DNA of 64,000 bases from Octopus vulgaris (Eukaryota), in assembly GCA_951406725.2 (NCBI GenBank), contig OX597826.1, positions 77,934,001 to 77,998,000 on the forward strand. The letters are read 5' to 3'. Of this stretch, positions 27,642 to 40,918 are shown piece after piece; position 1 is the first letter of the stretch, and each line of letters opens with the position of its first letter. Both the position numbers and the translations under genes were made by a program. Below the pieces are notes generated by a model. The model searched no databases, was not told where the DNA came from, and worked only from the letters and a program-made list of their open reading frames with translations.

Positions 27642-27931
27642 AGGCGCATGCTTCAGTGGTTGGAGCATCTGGTTCACAATCATGTGGTAGTGAGTTCAAT
27701 TCCTGGACCAGGCTTTGTGTTGTATTCTTGAGCAACATACTTTATTTCAAGTTCATAACTGGTGCCAAACTGTACGGATTTTTGTCTTTCCCTTGAATAA
27801 CATTGGTCACATGGAGAGGTGTGGCTGGTATGCATGGGTCATTACTGGTCTTTCATAGACAACCTTGCTCGGACAATATAGTTCAATGTGCAATCCCATG
27901 GCTATTCATGACTGAAGGGGGTCTTTACCCT
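27642..27931 (+). mobile_element. SINE family B
   Basis: Colinear with 16744-17083, ending GAAGGGGGTCTTTACCC. Confidence 0.85.
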
Positions 27932-28236
27932 CATATATATAACACAAAATCCCGATGAATGATTTATTGTAACATCGGGATGGCTAGCACCGGTAGATCA
28001 AAGAGGCTGACATTTACAGTGTATGTGAGAAGAGAGTTAAAGTTTCAGATTCTAGTAATCTAGTAATTACCACTAGATTCCTCCATAAGTCTTTGAACAA
28101 GAAAGAAATGCGAAATAGGAAGGAAAAACTGTTATGAAAATAGGATTTCGAAAGTTAATAATACGGACGTAGGGTCAAAGAAACTATGTACGTCCCATGA
28201 AATGTTGGTAAATATTAGGTTAAATAATAAATAACA

Positions 28237-28511
28237 ATTGCAGCGGGGAAGGTGTTTATAAGCCATTTAAAAACACACAAAAACCGTTAGATTCACTTCA
28301 ACATTTAAATTTATTTTCTCAAAATATTTTCGTTGATTTGAAACCGCGACCTGCTCACTGACAAAATTTGAGATGCAGCACGAAATTTTCTCAGTGGAAA
28401 GGTCGCGGTTTCAAAGCGACGAAAATATTTTGGCAAATTAAATTTAAGAAGTGAATCTAACGGATTTTGTGTGTGTTTTAAATGGCTTATAAACACCTTC
28501 CACTCTGTAAT
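28237..28511. repeat. Imperfect ~130-bp-arm palindrome containing two divergent hammerhead-like (G3-C8) motifs
   Basis: GGAAGGTGTTTATAAGCCATTTAAAA.. / ..TTTTAAATGGCTTATAAACACCTTCC; ~13-bp spacer at 28370-28382. Confidence 0.9.
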
Positions 28512-28542
28512 AAGATTATTATTTTGGAATTGGTATTTTAGT

Positions 28543-28800
28543 GAGGACGCATGACTTGATGGTTACGGAGTTGCACTCACAATCGCGGTTTCAATTCCTT
28601 GACTGGGTGGTGCATTGTATTCTTTAGCAAAACACTTAATCTCACGTTGCCCTTCCACTCCTGACGTGTGGTACACTGTGGACATGTTCAGGCAACGTCG
28701 ATTTGATGGATGGAGTGAGCTCATACACTTGATGGATGTAAACAAATCTTTTGTGCAGGTCATTTCAGCAAAAAGCTGAACGATCATACGTCGTCTTTGA
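28543..28800 (+). mobile_element. Degenerate tRNA-SINE with a family-B-like head and an alternative tail
   Basis: Degenerate A/B boxes and TTCTTTAGCAAAACACTT core; tail partly similar to 50087-50380. Confidence 0.5.
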
Positions 28801-29162
28801 CGAGAGAGTCCATCATTTTGTTCTGAAATATTAAAGAAACTAAGCTGGAAAATAAAAGATAAGGATAGAGTGAAGTAGATATCTCCGATGTATGAACTAT
28901 TCTTGCGCCTGGTATATTTTCTAGATCGTGTTCGTATAAGAAAAGTTTTGGGATTAAGTCTATCTTGTTGTTGGGGATTTCGTGTGGAGTATTCGGTGTT
29001 CGACTGCATTTCCCGAAAACAACTTTTTAAACTCTGTGTGTGTGTGTGTGTCTGTGTAGCGGAAGAATTCATCAAAAATAAAAAGAAAAGGACAACACAG
29101 GTGCGCGCAAAGTTTTAACACCTGTAGTATTATTTTATCGCTTAAAACCGAAATGAAAAGAG

Positions 29163-29198
29163 CCTTAACGTTTCCAACGCTGTTCCTTCATCAGAAGG
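29163..29198 (-). ncRNA. Minimal type-I hammerhead ribozyme-like motif
   Basis: CCTT-CTGATGA-AGG-AAC-AGC-GTT-G-GAAA-CG-TT-AAGG: 4-bp stem I, canonical core, short stem II, ACGT palindromic stem III. Confidence 0.6.
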
Positions 29199-29208
29199 AA
29201 AGTATAGA

Positions 29209-29595
29209 AGGCGCAGGCGTGACTGTGTGGTAAGTAGCTTTCTTCCCAACCACATGGTTCCGGATTCAGTTCCACTGCATGACACCTTGGGCAAATGCCT
29301 TCTCCTATAGCCTCGAACCGACCAAAGCCTTGTAAGTGGATTTGGTAGACGGAAACTGAAAGAAGTCAGTCGTATATATGTGTTTGTGTGTGTTGTGTGT
29401 GTGTGTGTGTGTGTGTGCGTATGTGTGTCTTTGTGTCTGTGTTTGTCCCTCCACGATGGCCTGACGACCGGTGTTGGTATTTTTACGTCCCAGTGACATA
29501 GCGGTTCGGCACAACAGGCCGATAACATAAGTACGAGGTTTAACAAAAAAATAAATACTGGGTTTGATTCATTCGACTGAAACGAGTAAAGGATT
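29209..29595 (+). mobile_element. tRNA-derived SINE family C with central (TG)n
   Basis: GGCGCAGGCGTGACTGTGTGGTAAG head, GGATTCAGTTCC, CORE-like GACACCTTGGGCAAATG; several copies in the window. Confidence 0.85.
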
Positions 29596-29914
29596 AAAAG
29601 AAGTATAGAAAAAAGTAGAGATGGATCGTGAAAACGGAAAAGGTGTTAGGGGTCATACAGGGATGCCGTTGTGGGGGGTAATTAAATAGGGAGGATGGGC
29701 AGGGTATACACGCAGAGAAATGCAATCTTGTTTTGAGATGAGCATAAGTGGGTTGTGTTCTATGTGGGGAGAGAGCAGAGGTATGCAAGCAGAGAAGTGC
29801 CATGGGTTAGTGGGGATGTAGGGTGGTTGGGGTGCGGATGGAACCTCTATCCATTTTGGGGTGGGAGCAGGTGCGACTGTGAAGTAAAATGAAACGCGAG
29901 AGGAACGTGAGTGA

Positions 29915-30735
29915 ATGTGATAGGGGTGTATGTAAGGGTATGGGTGGGTGGGTGTGATATAGGTCTATGTAAGGGTATGGGTGAGTGTGATATAGGTGTA
30001 TGTAAGGGTATGGGTGAGTGTGATAGGGGTGTATGTAAGGGTATGGGTGAGTGTGATAGAGGTGTATGTAAGGGTATGGGTGGGTGTGATATAGGTGTAT
30101 GTACGGGTATGGGTGGGTGTGATAGAGGTATATGTAAGGGTATGGGTGGGTGTGATAGAGGTGTATGTAAGGGTATGGGTGGGTGTGATAGAGGTGTATG
30201 TAAGGGTATGGGTGGGTGTGATAGAGGTGTATGTGAGAGTATGGGTGGGTGTGATAGAGGTGTATGTAAGGGTATGGATGGGTGTGATATAGGTGTATGT
30301 AAGGGTATGGGTGGGTGTGATATAGGTCTATGTAAGGGTATGGGTGGGTGTGATAGAGGTGTATGTAAGGGTATGGGTGAGTGTGATAGAGGTGTATGTA
30401 AGGGTATGGGTGAGTGTGATAGAGGTGTATGTAAGGGTATTGGTGGGTGTGATAGAGGTGTATGTAAGGGTATGGGTGGGTGTGATAGAGGTGTATGTAA
30501 GGGTATTGGTGGGTGTGATAGAGGTGTATGTAAGGGTATGGGTGAGTGTGATAGAGGTGTATGTAAGGGTATGGGTGGGTGTGATATAGGTGTATGTAAG
30601 GGTATGGGTGGGTGTGATATAGGTGTATGTAAGGGTATGGGTGGGTGTGATAGAGGTGTATGTAAGGGTATTGGTGGGTGTGATAGAGGTGTATGTAAGG
30701 GTATGGGTGGGTGTAAGGGTATGGATGGGTGTGAT
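29915..30735. repeat. 33-bp G-rich minisatellite, ~24-25 copies
   Basis: Unit AGGTGTATGTAAGGGTATGGGTGGGTGTGATAG. Confidence 0.95.
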
Positions 30736-31167
30736 GCTGTTGTGCAAGGAGAAGAAGAATGCGACGGGTGTGAAGGTGATGCGTATAAACGGAAGGAAAG
30801 AAAAAGCGAGAAAGAAAGAGAAAAAAAAACGAGAAAAATGCGTTCGAGAGAAAAGTTTGAGTTCAATTAGTGAAGAGAAACGAGAGTAAATTAAAAGAAA
30901 ATTTAGGAGAAAAATGGAGAAAATTAGAGAAAAACTAGAGACAAATAATTACATTACGATACTAATTAAAAAATTAAAATACAACACTGGTGAAAAGTCC
31001 TGGCAAGTACACAATCAGTGCAAAGATCGCAGAAGTAAAAATGCAAATAGCAGGAAAGATGCTGCAAAACGAAAATTAATAAAGTGATGCACTTAGAAAG
31101 CAAAGCGATGGATGTATAAACACGTGTCTGAGTTAAAAGTGTTTATAACGGGAAAGACGAAGTCCTG

Positions 31168-31211
<44 letters not shown>

Positions 31212-31571
31212 AATACTCCGATTATTGCAGGTAATGCATACAGCAAGAAGAACCCGAGTTCTGTTTGTTGTAATGTAGAAAAATATGTAAAATTGCCTAT
31301 TGATGTCTAGACTTTCGAAAAATACTAAATTGTTTTTGTTTTCCGAAATACTTGGATGAGTGGTGGGGTGGGGTGGGATGGGGGAAGGTGTCTGTAAATC
31401 GATATAAATAAAGAAGGAAATAAAATGAATTCGATGCAGCTTTCTATTTTACGAGTGTATTGGCTTGTAACAGCATATGCAATAATAATAATAATGATAA
31501 CAATAATAATAATAATAATAATAATAATGATAATAATAATAATAATAATAATGTTAATAATAATAATAATG

Positions 31572-31695
<124 letters not shown>

Positions 31696-31879
31696 TAAAT
31701 AAATAAATAAATGCTTTTAGTGTTTCTTCTTTTAATATCATAAATGAGTTGTTTGTTTTGATGTTTCTTTCTTCGCTCTATGCATGACCCTATAACAGCT
31801 GAATACATTTTTAACCTGACTTCTGACATGCATCACTCTCTCTCTCTGCATCCGGATTTGCATTCGTTATCAACGGTTT

Positions 31880-33000
31880 TCTGTCTGCAAAATTTCTAAA
31901 AATAGCATCATGTTCTTTAAATAAAAAATTCTCTCACATCTCGACTCGTCTTGGCTTTCATCTTCTCTATGTGTACCTTTCCGCTCCAATATTTATAAGG
32001 ACTTTATCTCTGAGGTTGGAATCAAGTAATTGAAGCAGTTATCTCATATTTCGGTCGCTGTTTTAGACATTCCCATTCATAAACCTAGGAAACCTATTTA
32101 CTTGTTTCAGCCAATCAAAACTAGAATCTACCAATATTATTTCTGTAGTGCAAACTTATATTTTCCCAGTCCTTTCGTGTTGCTGTTTCTTGCCTTACGG
32201 CATGCATTACTATTATTTTTCACTGTATTCTTTATGGTAAAATTCTTTCAAAAGTGTGTAAGATTAATTAGCTTTCGTTCTGTATATATTTTCTTTCAAT
32301 AACCTGAACAAACATTTTGAATAAGAAGGCTTTGATTGTTTCTGTCATCTTGAGCTTCCTGGTACATTGGCTGCAACGATGATATTTATGTTGTGATGAA
32401 ATAACAACCTTATCGTCTGCACATAAGTCACCCTGTGCAGTTTCGTGACCCAGACCAGTCGTCAAAATTGATAAAAACTTTAAAACTTATATCTAAAATT
32501 TATATTCAATATATATCAGCCTCGGGACAGAATTCAATTCATAAACCAATCTTCAAATTAAGATTTTGCAACTCAAACACTTCTAAATTTCCAATAAACT
32601 GACAGGGAATGTTTACTGAACATTTTAAGAGCAACTGATATTTTTTGATTAATAGATCACCGTGGTTTTAATTTAAAACAACCAGCAGAATTCCTACCCA
32701 ATAAAAGTGTGAGACCATCATTAACTACTTTGAAGCTAGGTTGCCATTTTTCTTCTCGTTAAGTAAGTGAAATTAAGCGTTCGTTTCAAAAACAGTCCCA
32801 TATCGTCAACATCTAACATTTCTTCATTAATACAATCACCATCTTCAATAATTTCATTTTAATTTGCTGCGATATGTCTGCTGCGCTATCGTCTGCACTG
32901 GCAGTTTTTCTTTCGCATTAACATTATTGATTTCAGATCGTTTTCTAAAACTGTCAAAACATCCAGAACTTCTAGAAAATATTTTCTTAGTTTTCGTCTC
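31880..33000 (-). pseudogene. Highly decayed LINE RT relic, possibly RTE-like
   Basis: DLCADDKVVI (YADD-like) at ~32410-32435 and a degenerate GRPRR-like C-terminus near 31950. Confidence 0.4.
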
Positions 33001-33351
33001 TGCTTTTACGTGGGTCTCCCCCCCCCCCGCGCCGCCGTTTTCTCTGAACTACTGAAAACAGATTGACCGCTTTTGAGTTGATGGTTATTTAAATGAAAGA
33101 AATGCGCTTTAAATTGCAAAGTTGGATCCCAATTGAAAAAATGTGTTCCATTCCAAACAATTATGCAACTGTTAATGTTTGTAGTTCGAATACGGTCGGA
33201 AGAAGCAACAATATGTCATTGTTTTCGGTTCTTTTATGAAGAACTTTCGTATTCTATGCTGTCGTTTCTCTAATTGTGTCGCCATATTTCGAGCTTTGGC
33301 AGCACCATTTTCTCTATTATAGATTTTATCTTTCAACCACTTATTATGTGT

Positions 33352-33584
33352 TTTACTTGTTTCAGCCAATCAATGGACTGCGGCCATAATAGGGCACCAC
33401 TTTGTAAGACTTAATCAAACAAATCGACCCCACTAATTATCCTCTTAAGTCTTGTACTTATTCTATCGGCATCTGTTGCCGAATCGCTAAGCTACGGGGA
33501 CGTAAACAAACCAACACTGGTTGTCAAGCTTTGGTATGTGACAAGCACAAGCACAAAGACATACACACACGTACTCACAACACA

Positions 33585-33616
<32 letters not shown>

Positions 33617-33659
33617 ACACACACACACTCACACACACACACACACTCACACACACACA

Positions 33660-33714
<55 letters not shown>

Positions 33715-33719
33715 ACACA

Positions 33720-33811
<92 letters not shown>

Positions 33812-33958
33812 GGGTTTCTTTAAGTTTCCGTCTACCAGATCTATTCATAAGGCATTGGTCGGTCCAAGACTATAGGAGAAGACAATTGCACTAGAAGTTG
33901 AACCCGGAACCATATGGTTGGGTAGCAAACTTCTTACCACACAGCCACGCCTGCGCCT
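33352..33958 (-). mobile_element. SINE family C with expanded (CA)n
   Basis: Ends CTTACCACACAGCCACGCCTGCGCCT, the reverse head of family C. Confidence 0.85.
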
Positions 33959-34589
33959 ATATCGCTAATTTCTGTTCGTTTTTCTCAAATCCTCTAAATT
34001 ACACCCCCTTATAGCACCTTCACAACTTGATACAAATGGTATTTAGTTGTTTAGAAACCATGGTAAGAAACTAAGGAGATAAAAGTAAACCAGCGATTAA
34101 AGAGATTTTGGTAACACAATTCTTGAATGATATCACGTATAAACTGACACGAAAACCTAAAAATACTGAAAGTGTTAAAGACAGACAGCAAAGACAACAA
34201 AGGAAAACTCGACGAAGGTCACGTGACAAAAACAGCGAATCAGAGAAAGATATTCGGGCAGCAGCTGAGAAACGGGAAAAGGATCAAGAAACTGAAGACT
34301 TTAAACCGCATTATTTTTCATCCGTATTCAGACACGCAGTGATCGGGTGTACACACACACATTTACATACATACATACTTACATACGTACATACATGCAT
34401 GCATGCAGACATACATACATACATACATACATATATACATGCATGCAGACATACATAAGTACGTAAGAACGTAACGGAAATATGCTTAATATAATATAAA
34501 TAATGAAAAGCTCTGCAGAATAAAATAGATCACCAAAAAGGGAAACAAGAACGCACAGCGAAGAATATTAGTTTTAAACTTCAAGGAAT

Positions 34590-34696
<107 letters not shown>

Positions 34697-35198
34697 TAGA
34701 TATATATACATGTATGTATGTATGCATGTATGTATGTATGTGTGTGTGTGTGTGTATGTATGTATGTGTGTGTGTGTGTGTGTATGTGTGTATGTAGGCA
34801 TGCATACATCAGAGTAATTAGGAAATGAAGATGTACTCCGCACTAAGAAAAAGAAACCACAGCTCAATATATTTGTAGCGATGCATTTATGGGAACCTTC
34901 CAATACCCATTACGTACACGCACACACATACACATGCACACACACACACATGCACACACGCACACACACATGTACACACACAATCAAGCACCAAGCACGT
35001 ACGTACAAGCATACATACACACAAATTGGAAATTGGAAGGTTTCCATTGTAAATCTCATATATATAATATATATATATACATAAATACACACACATACAT
35101 ATATATATACATATATACATATATATACATACATAAATACATACACACAAACATATTTAAATATATATATATATATAGATAGATATATACATATATAA

Positions 35199-35302
<104 letters not shown>

Positions 35303-35552
35303 GTATGTACGTATGTATGTATACTAAATTTAATGTACTATCTTTTACATAATAGAATTTTATTTAATGTGTTAAACAAAGGTGCGAATTGCGAGCAAGA
35401 CAAAGCTTTTATCGAATAGGCCAGACTCCCAGCGGCAAGGTAGACAAATATGACACTAACCATTTCAAATACGATTGTGTTTACCGTTAAACATTATTGA
35501 AACTAACTGGTCAGACGAAAATGTTAGCAATATATTAAACACGAGCACAGGA

Positions 35553-36236
35553 ATGGTGGCAAGCTGGTAGAACCGTTAGCACACCGAGTAAAATGTTTAG
35601 AGGCTATTTTCTTTTTGCTTTTTTGTCGTCCGTCTTTACGTTCTGAGTTCAATTTCCGCCGAGATCGACTTTACTTTTCATCGTTTCAAATTTTATTAAA
35701 TAAGGACCAGTTGAGAATTAGGGTCGATGTAAACGACTTACCCCACTCCATTGAAACGGCTGGTTTCGTACTAAGATTTGAACTCTAATATATTAAGCCC
35801 AAACACAGGTAAATCTGCGAGCTGGCAGAATCTTTAGCGTGGCGAGCGAAATGCTTAGCGGCATTTCGTCAGTCGTATGTTATGAGTCTAAATTCTGCGG
35901 TGAGGTCGACTTTACCTTTCACCCTTTCGTGGTCGATAAAATAAGTATCACTGGCGTCAATGTAATCGACAAGCCCCATCCATTAAATTTGACGCCTTGT
36001 TCCGATATATAGAAATACATTAAGCACAAGAAGGCGGTGAGCTGACAGAATGGTTAGCATGATGGGCAGAATGATTAACAGCATTTCGTCCGTCTTTACG
36101 TTCTGAGTTCAAGTTCCACCGCGACCGACTTTACTTGGAGTCGATAAAACAGGAACCAGTGGGTCACTGGGCTCGATGTCATCCACTTAATGCCTCCTCC
36201 GAAATTGTTGCTCTTGTGCCAAAATTTGAAACCAAT
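35553..36236 (+). mobile_element. Three head-to-tail SINE family A copies
   Basis: Heads at ~35555, ~35815 and ~36033, each followed by the family A body. Confidence 0.85.
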
Positions 36237-36237
36237 A

Positions 36238-37189
36238 TACGTGGGCTAATCAATAAATATCCGGACTGTTGCCATAGTACCGAAGCTAAAGTACACAGTG
36301 TGACGCTATTTGGCACAGATTGACCTTAAACTCTGCTGCGTATGTGCACTAAGTTTTAACGTTCAAGCTCACTTACGCTGTTTACAGCTGCGCTTGAAAG
36401 GAAGGTGTGTAGCGTGTGATCGTGAAATTGACCATGACAGAGATAGTTGAGCAGGGAACCTGCATTAAGTTTTGCCAAAAGCTTGGCTATACCTGCTCAG
36501 AGGGTAAGCAAAGTTTTCAAAAAGTTTTCATCTTTCTGAACACAATCAAGAGGATGTTGTACAAATGAGACCCGACTGTTTTCTTGGTCAGCTGAAATCA
36601 GTTTTGGCACAAACATGGCAGACATGCATCTTATACCCAAATCTTCAGTGATAATGGACTGAACTGAACCGTAATTAATCTGCACATCTGATAACTCACG
36701 GATGGTGATTCGACGATTTCCTCCTCACAGATGCACGCATATCTGCGATGTTTTTCTCAGTTCTGCTGGTTGCTCTTGTGCCAAAATTTGAAACCAAAAT
36801 TTGAAACCAATATACGTGGGCTAATCAATAAATATCCGGACTGTTGCCATAGTACCCAGAACGTTCATCAATATCGTCATTTTTTCGGCCATCTTGGAAA
36901 CGTCGGAACCACTCGTACACTTGTGTGCGGCTCATACATTCCTCTCCACACACTTTCAGCAACCTTGTGTAGGCTTCTGAGAAGGTATCGCCATGATAAC
37001 TTTCTCTCTCATGGCCAATGTGACGATGACACGCTACACACTGCTGTAAACAGCGGGAGTGAGCTAGAAGTTAAAACTTAGTGCGCGTGTACAGCAGAGT
37101 TTAAGGTGAATTTTTGGTGAGCGACTTTACTCTGCGTGCTTTAGCTTCGTTACTATGGCAACAGTCCGGATACTTATTGATCAAACCTC
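36238..37189. mobile_element. Fold-back mariner derivative (two 5' ends) with an internal templated insertion
   Basis: TCAATAAATATCCGGACTGTTGCCATAGTA at left, inverse at ~37151-37183; + strand MTEIVEQGTCIKFCQKLG; minus strand SVQSIITEDLG..FVPKLI. Confidence 0.85.
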
Positions 37190-38452
37190 CCATTAAACAA
37201 TTATTTAATCTAGCTAGTCAACAACTAAATGAAGAACACGCTACTAAATGTAGTAAGGAAATGTAATATAACTAATTTGTAATACTTATACTGTAAAATA
37301 GAGATCACATCAACTTAATGGCGGATCTTGGAAATTACGAGCGATAACTTCGGTCTTATTTTGGCATTATAAACCTTCTCAGCAGATCATAACTTCCGCA
37401 ATACACACAAGATGAACGAAGCAGTTATCTTCATACAGATTGCAAAGAAAGTACACGAACAGGTATCAGAAGTAAACCTGATAACAAAGGGATGTCTTCT
37501 GCACGAAAAATTAACAGTTAAGTTAGGGCTATAATATGTAATAGTGCAGGAAAAAATTATTATCATTTAGTGGTAATAGTCACACGTTGAGTAGAAAGTA
37601 ACACTATCTCAATATCTAGTCGCATCAAGTAGACTGTAAATAGTTAATTAAACTATTAGAAACAAATTAGACTTCTGATTGTAAATAGTTATACAAATCT
37701 GCCATAGCTAGTTAGACCAAACGGAAAATATCAAGTAATTTGTATGACAAAATTAGTTGTAATTCGTTAAATTAAAAGGCTCATAATTAAATAGATTTAA
37801 TGAACAGTAACTAGCTAGATTAAATCGTTTATAATTAGCTGCATTAATTGAGCAGCGACTATTTGGTCCAGGTACAATATACTTGCAAGGAGAGACTAAA
37901 AACCAGTTAGGCTGCACAACTAGCAATAAATTAAACGACACAACAGGGCAGCCCTATGCGGTCACACACTCTGCAAGAAATAGCAGTTAAATTACTCTTG
38001 AAATCTACCCGACCATATTGGTTTCAAATTTTGACATAAGGCCATGTGGTTGGCAAGCGGATTTTTCACTACACAGCTACGCCTGCATGTGTATGTGCAT
38101 ACTTGTATGCATTAAGTATTTTATACATGTTTCATATACTACTTTTAATTGTCGTTCATCAATATTTGAAGGACTCAAAATATGAGAAGTTGTGGCTGTT
38201 ATGGTTGTAATTAGCAGTTACGTGTTTTATATGAATACTTATAAACTGACGTTGTGAGACTTACGTAAGCAATACCGTAGATATATATAACAGAGCTTCA
38301 GAGAACATGTTGTTGATGTACAACAGTCTGATAATTAATGATGCATATTAGTGCTGCAAGTGAATACTACTAAAAAGGTACCTATAAACATTGGTAAAAG
38401 CTACAGTCACTTCAGATGTGATGCAATTTTCTAATATTCGTTTTAGTATTAA

Positions 38453-38652
38453 GGCGGCGAAATGGCGGAATCGTTAGAACGCCGTGCATTTCGTCCACCC
38501 CACCTTTACGTTCTGAGTTCAAATGCCGCCAGGATCCACTTTCCCCCTCATTCTTTCTAAGTCGATAAGATAAGTACCAGTAGAGCACTGGGGTCGATGT
38601 AATCCACTTACGCCCTCCCCCGAAATTGCTTGCTTTGAGTTAAAATTGAAGA
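38453..38652 (+). mobile_element. SINE family A with probable TSD CTAATATTCGT
   Basis: Family A head and body; CTAATATTCGT at 38431 and 38653. Confidence 0.8.
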
Positions 38653-38949
38653 CTAATATTCGTATTAAACAATGTCAGAAATTGTTGTGGGTGCCTTTGA
38701 GTTTGTTGCTGGAAATCGCATTCACTGCAATAACAAGAACAACAAACAAACAAAGGAGCAAATGCCAAGATTTCGACATACAACAATCAAAATGCGAAGT
38801 TCTACAAGATCCGTAACGATAACAAGTATCAAGTTACATACAATTTCGATCTCTCAAGAATATTGTTCTGAATTGTAAGAAGAAAATCGACTCATAAAAT
38901 GTAGTGAGAAGGAGTGAGGAGGGAGTCTTTTTTTTAGCACCGAAATAAA

Positions 38950-40600
38950 ACACGAATAAACCAGGGACACCACTGTACACCTTGACATTAATGCGATGAA
39001 GTGTAGAGAGCAGAATTTGGGCCCGCATGACGTGAGACGGAAAATGGGCCCCGTAGTTCACAGCAGATTGGAAAAGGAAGCTTTTACAAGAAGACAACAC
39101 TAACGGATGTCTAAATGTCTTTCCTTATTTTCATCTGGACTTTCACATCTATTTGGAAAACCAATGTCACATTATTGGATGACGAACCTCTTCCTCTAGA
39201 TATTATATAGTTCCTTGGTCAAATAACGGAGACCCAGAATAATTTACAAGGGTTTATCTTTGGCTTGTATGTGAATATTCTTTGAAGAAAGTGGATTTGA
39301 AAGCTGTATCACCTCTCAAATTGTATTAAGACACATGATTAAAACGTAATAAGACGTGGCAGATTGTTTCTAGAAACTAGGTGCATTTTGGCTGGATTGT
39401 TAGATTTGCTGTGCGTTTAGTCCGTCCAGATCGAAATATATCGATTTTCAGCAGATAAGAAAAAAAACTTTCTGGTACTGGATGACTTTGGCGGGGATGA
39501 GCGTGAATAGTTGTCAGTAGTTATGCTAGACGGCCACACCCCTTTAGGCATCTGTAAAACCTCCTGTAAGCATCTCGCTTAATTAGATTTGGCGGAGAAG
39601 AAGAATGGCGTGTGAGGCACAAGTCGAGATTTTGTGAAAGTATCAAATAGAAGTGAGACGATAAAGACTCTTAATCTAATGCAGACATATGTCCATGTTT
39701 GTGCGGATTTCTCGAATATGCTAATGATGTGGCATGGACATAATGCAGTAGGACATCCAATGTGTACATCACTTTAACGGATAAAAACAGAGCAGGACGC
39801 TTACATTTTCTGCCATAGTTTTATAGATGGCTGCACAGAGCACCAGTGTGTCAACGTTGAACTTAGAATTTTTAGACAAGAATCCAGCTGCTGGAAAAGC
39901 AACTCATCCTTTCTGATATAGTGAGCCTGCCTTCGCTGGGTCTGAAACAAAGCAAGGATTTAGCGACGGTCTTATAAATAGGCAATATAAATAAATTAGC
40001 GAATTAACATCAAAAATATTAGATGTTAGACAAGAAGTTTCCTGTCCTCTGTGCTTACAGTGAGACTTGCTCTTGGCTTTCGACACGAAACAGAAGCCTT
40101 TGCGTTGGTCATGCTAAGGTATGTGCTTTCAGATGTAAGTTCACATCAGATGTGGGCCATTCGATTAATCTTGATTCCCAAAAGCTTAACTTGTCAACAT
40201 GAGTATCATATACATTTTTGATGAACGCTAGCGGATGTGAGGGTTGGATCCCAGGGACACATGTGCGGTCTTTCAGCAAAATTTTCCCAAGATACTTGGT
40301 GGAAAGAATTGAAATGGAATAACTGGAGCCTTATCGTTCGCGTTTAATATCACGTGATTCTGCTGGAAATCAGATTACGTGGCACTAACAGAGTTTTATT
40401 ACCATTAAACCTGTTAGAATCAGCGGAAGTCAATATATGTTCCAGATATTATCCGCAGAAAATAAATAATGGCATTCAATTTATGTCCTGAGTTGGAAAC
40501 TTCATGGGTTCAGCGTTGCTTTTCATCCATAAAGGGTCGATAGAATGTATTGGAGTCGGTTTGATTGAAAATTCCTCTTTCTGTGCAAGAAATCTTCCAT
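38950..40600 (-). pseudogene. Highly decayed LINE relic (CR1/L2/Jockey-like APE-RT)
   Basis: LSTLHRINVKVYSGVPG resembles RT motif B (GVPQGS); higher-complexity block with further weak motif remnants. Confidence 0.4.
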
Positions 40601-40624
40601 GAAATACTCTTCATCCGTTTTCTC

Positions 40625-40777
40625 GTTGTCATCACTGTCGTCGTCATCACCATCACTGGGACCACCACCACCACCACCACCACCACCACCACCACCACCA
40701 TCAACACCGTCATCATCAAAATCATCCTCATCGTCGTCATCGTCGTCGTCATCATCATCATCATCGTCATCATCATT

Positions 40778-40810
<33 letters not shown>

Positions 40811-40829
40811 GGCATCAGCATCATCGTCG

Positions 40830-40870
<41 letters not shown>

Positions 40871-40884
40871 TCCATCATCATCAT

Positions 40885-40918
<34 letters not shown>

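Noticed and set aside
29915-30735. CRISPR-like 33-bp periodicity
   Set aside because: Contiguous tandem units with no unique spacers, no cas genes, eukaryotic context
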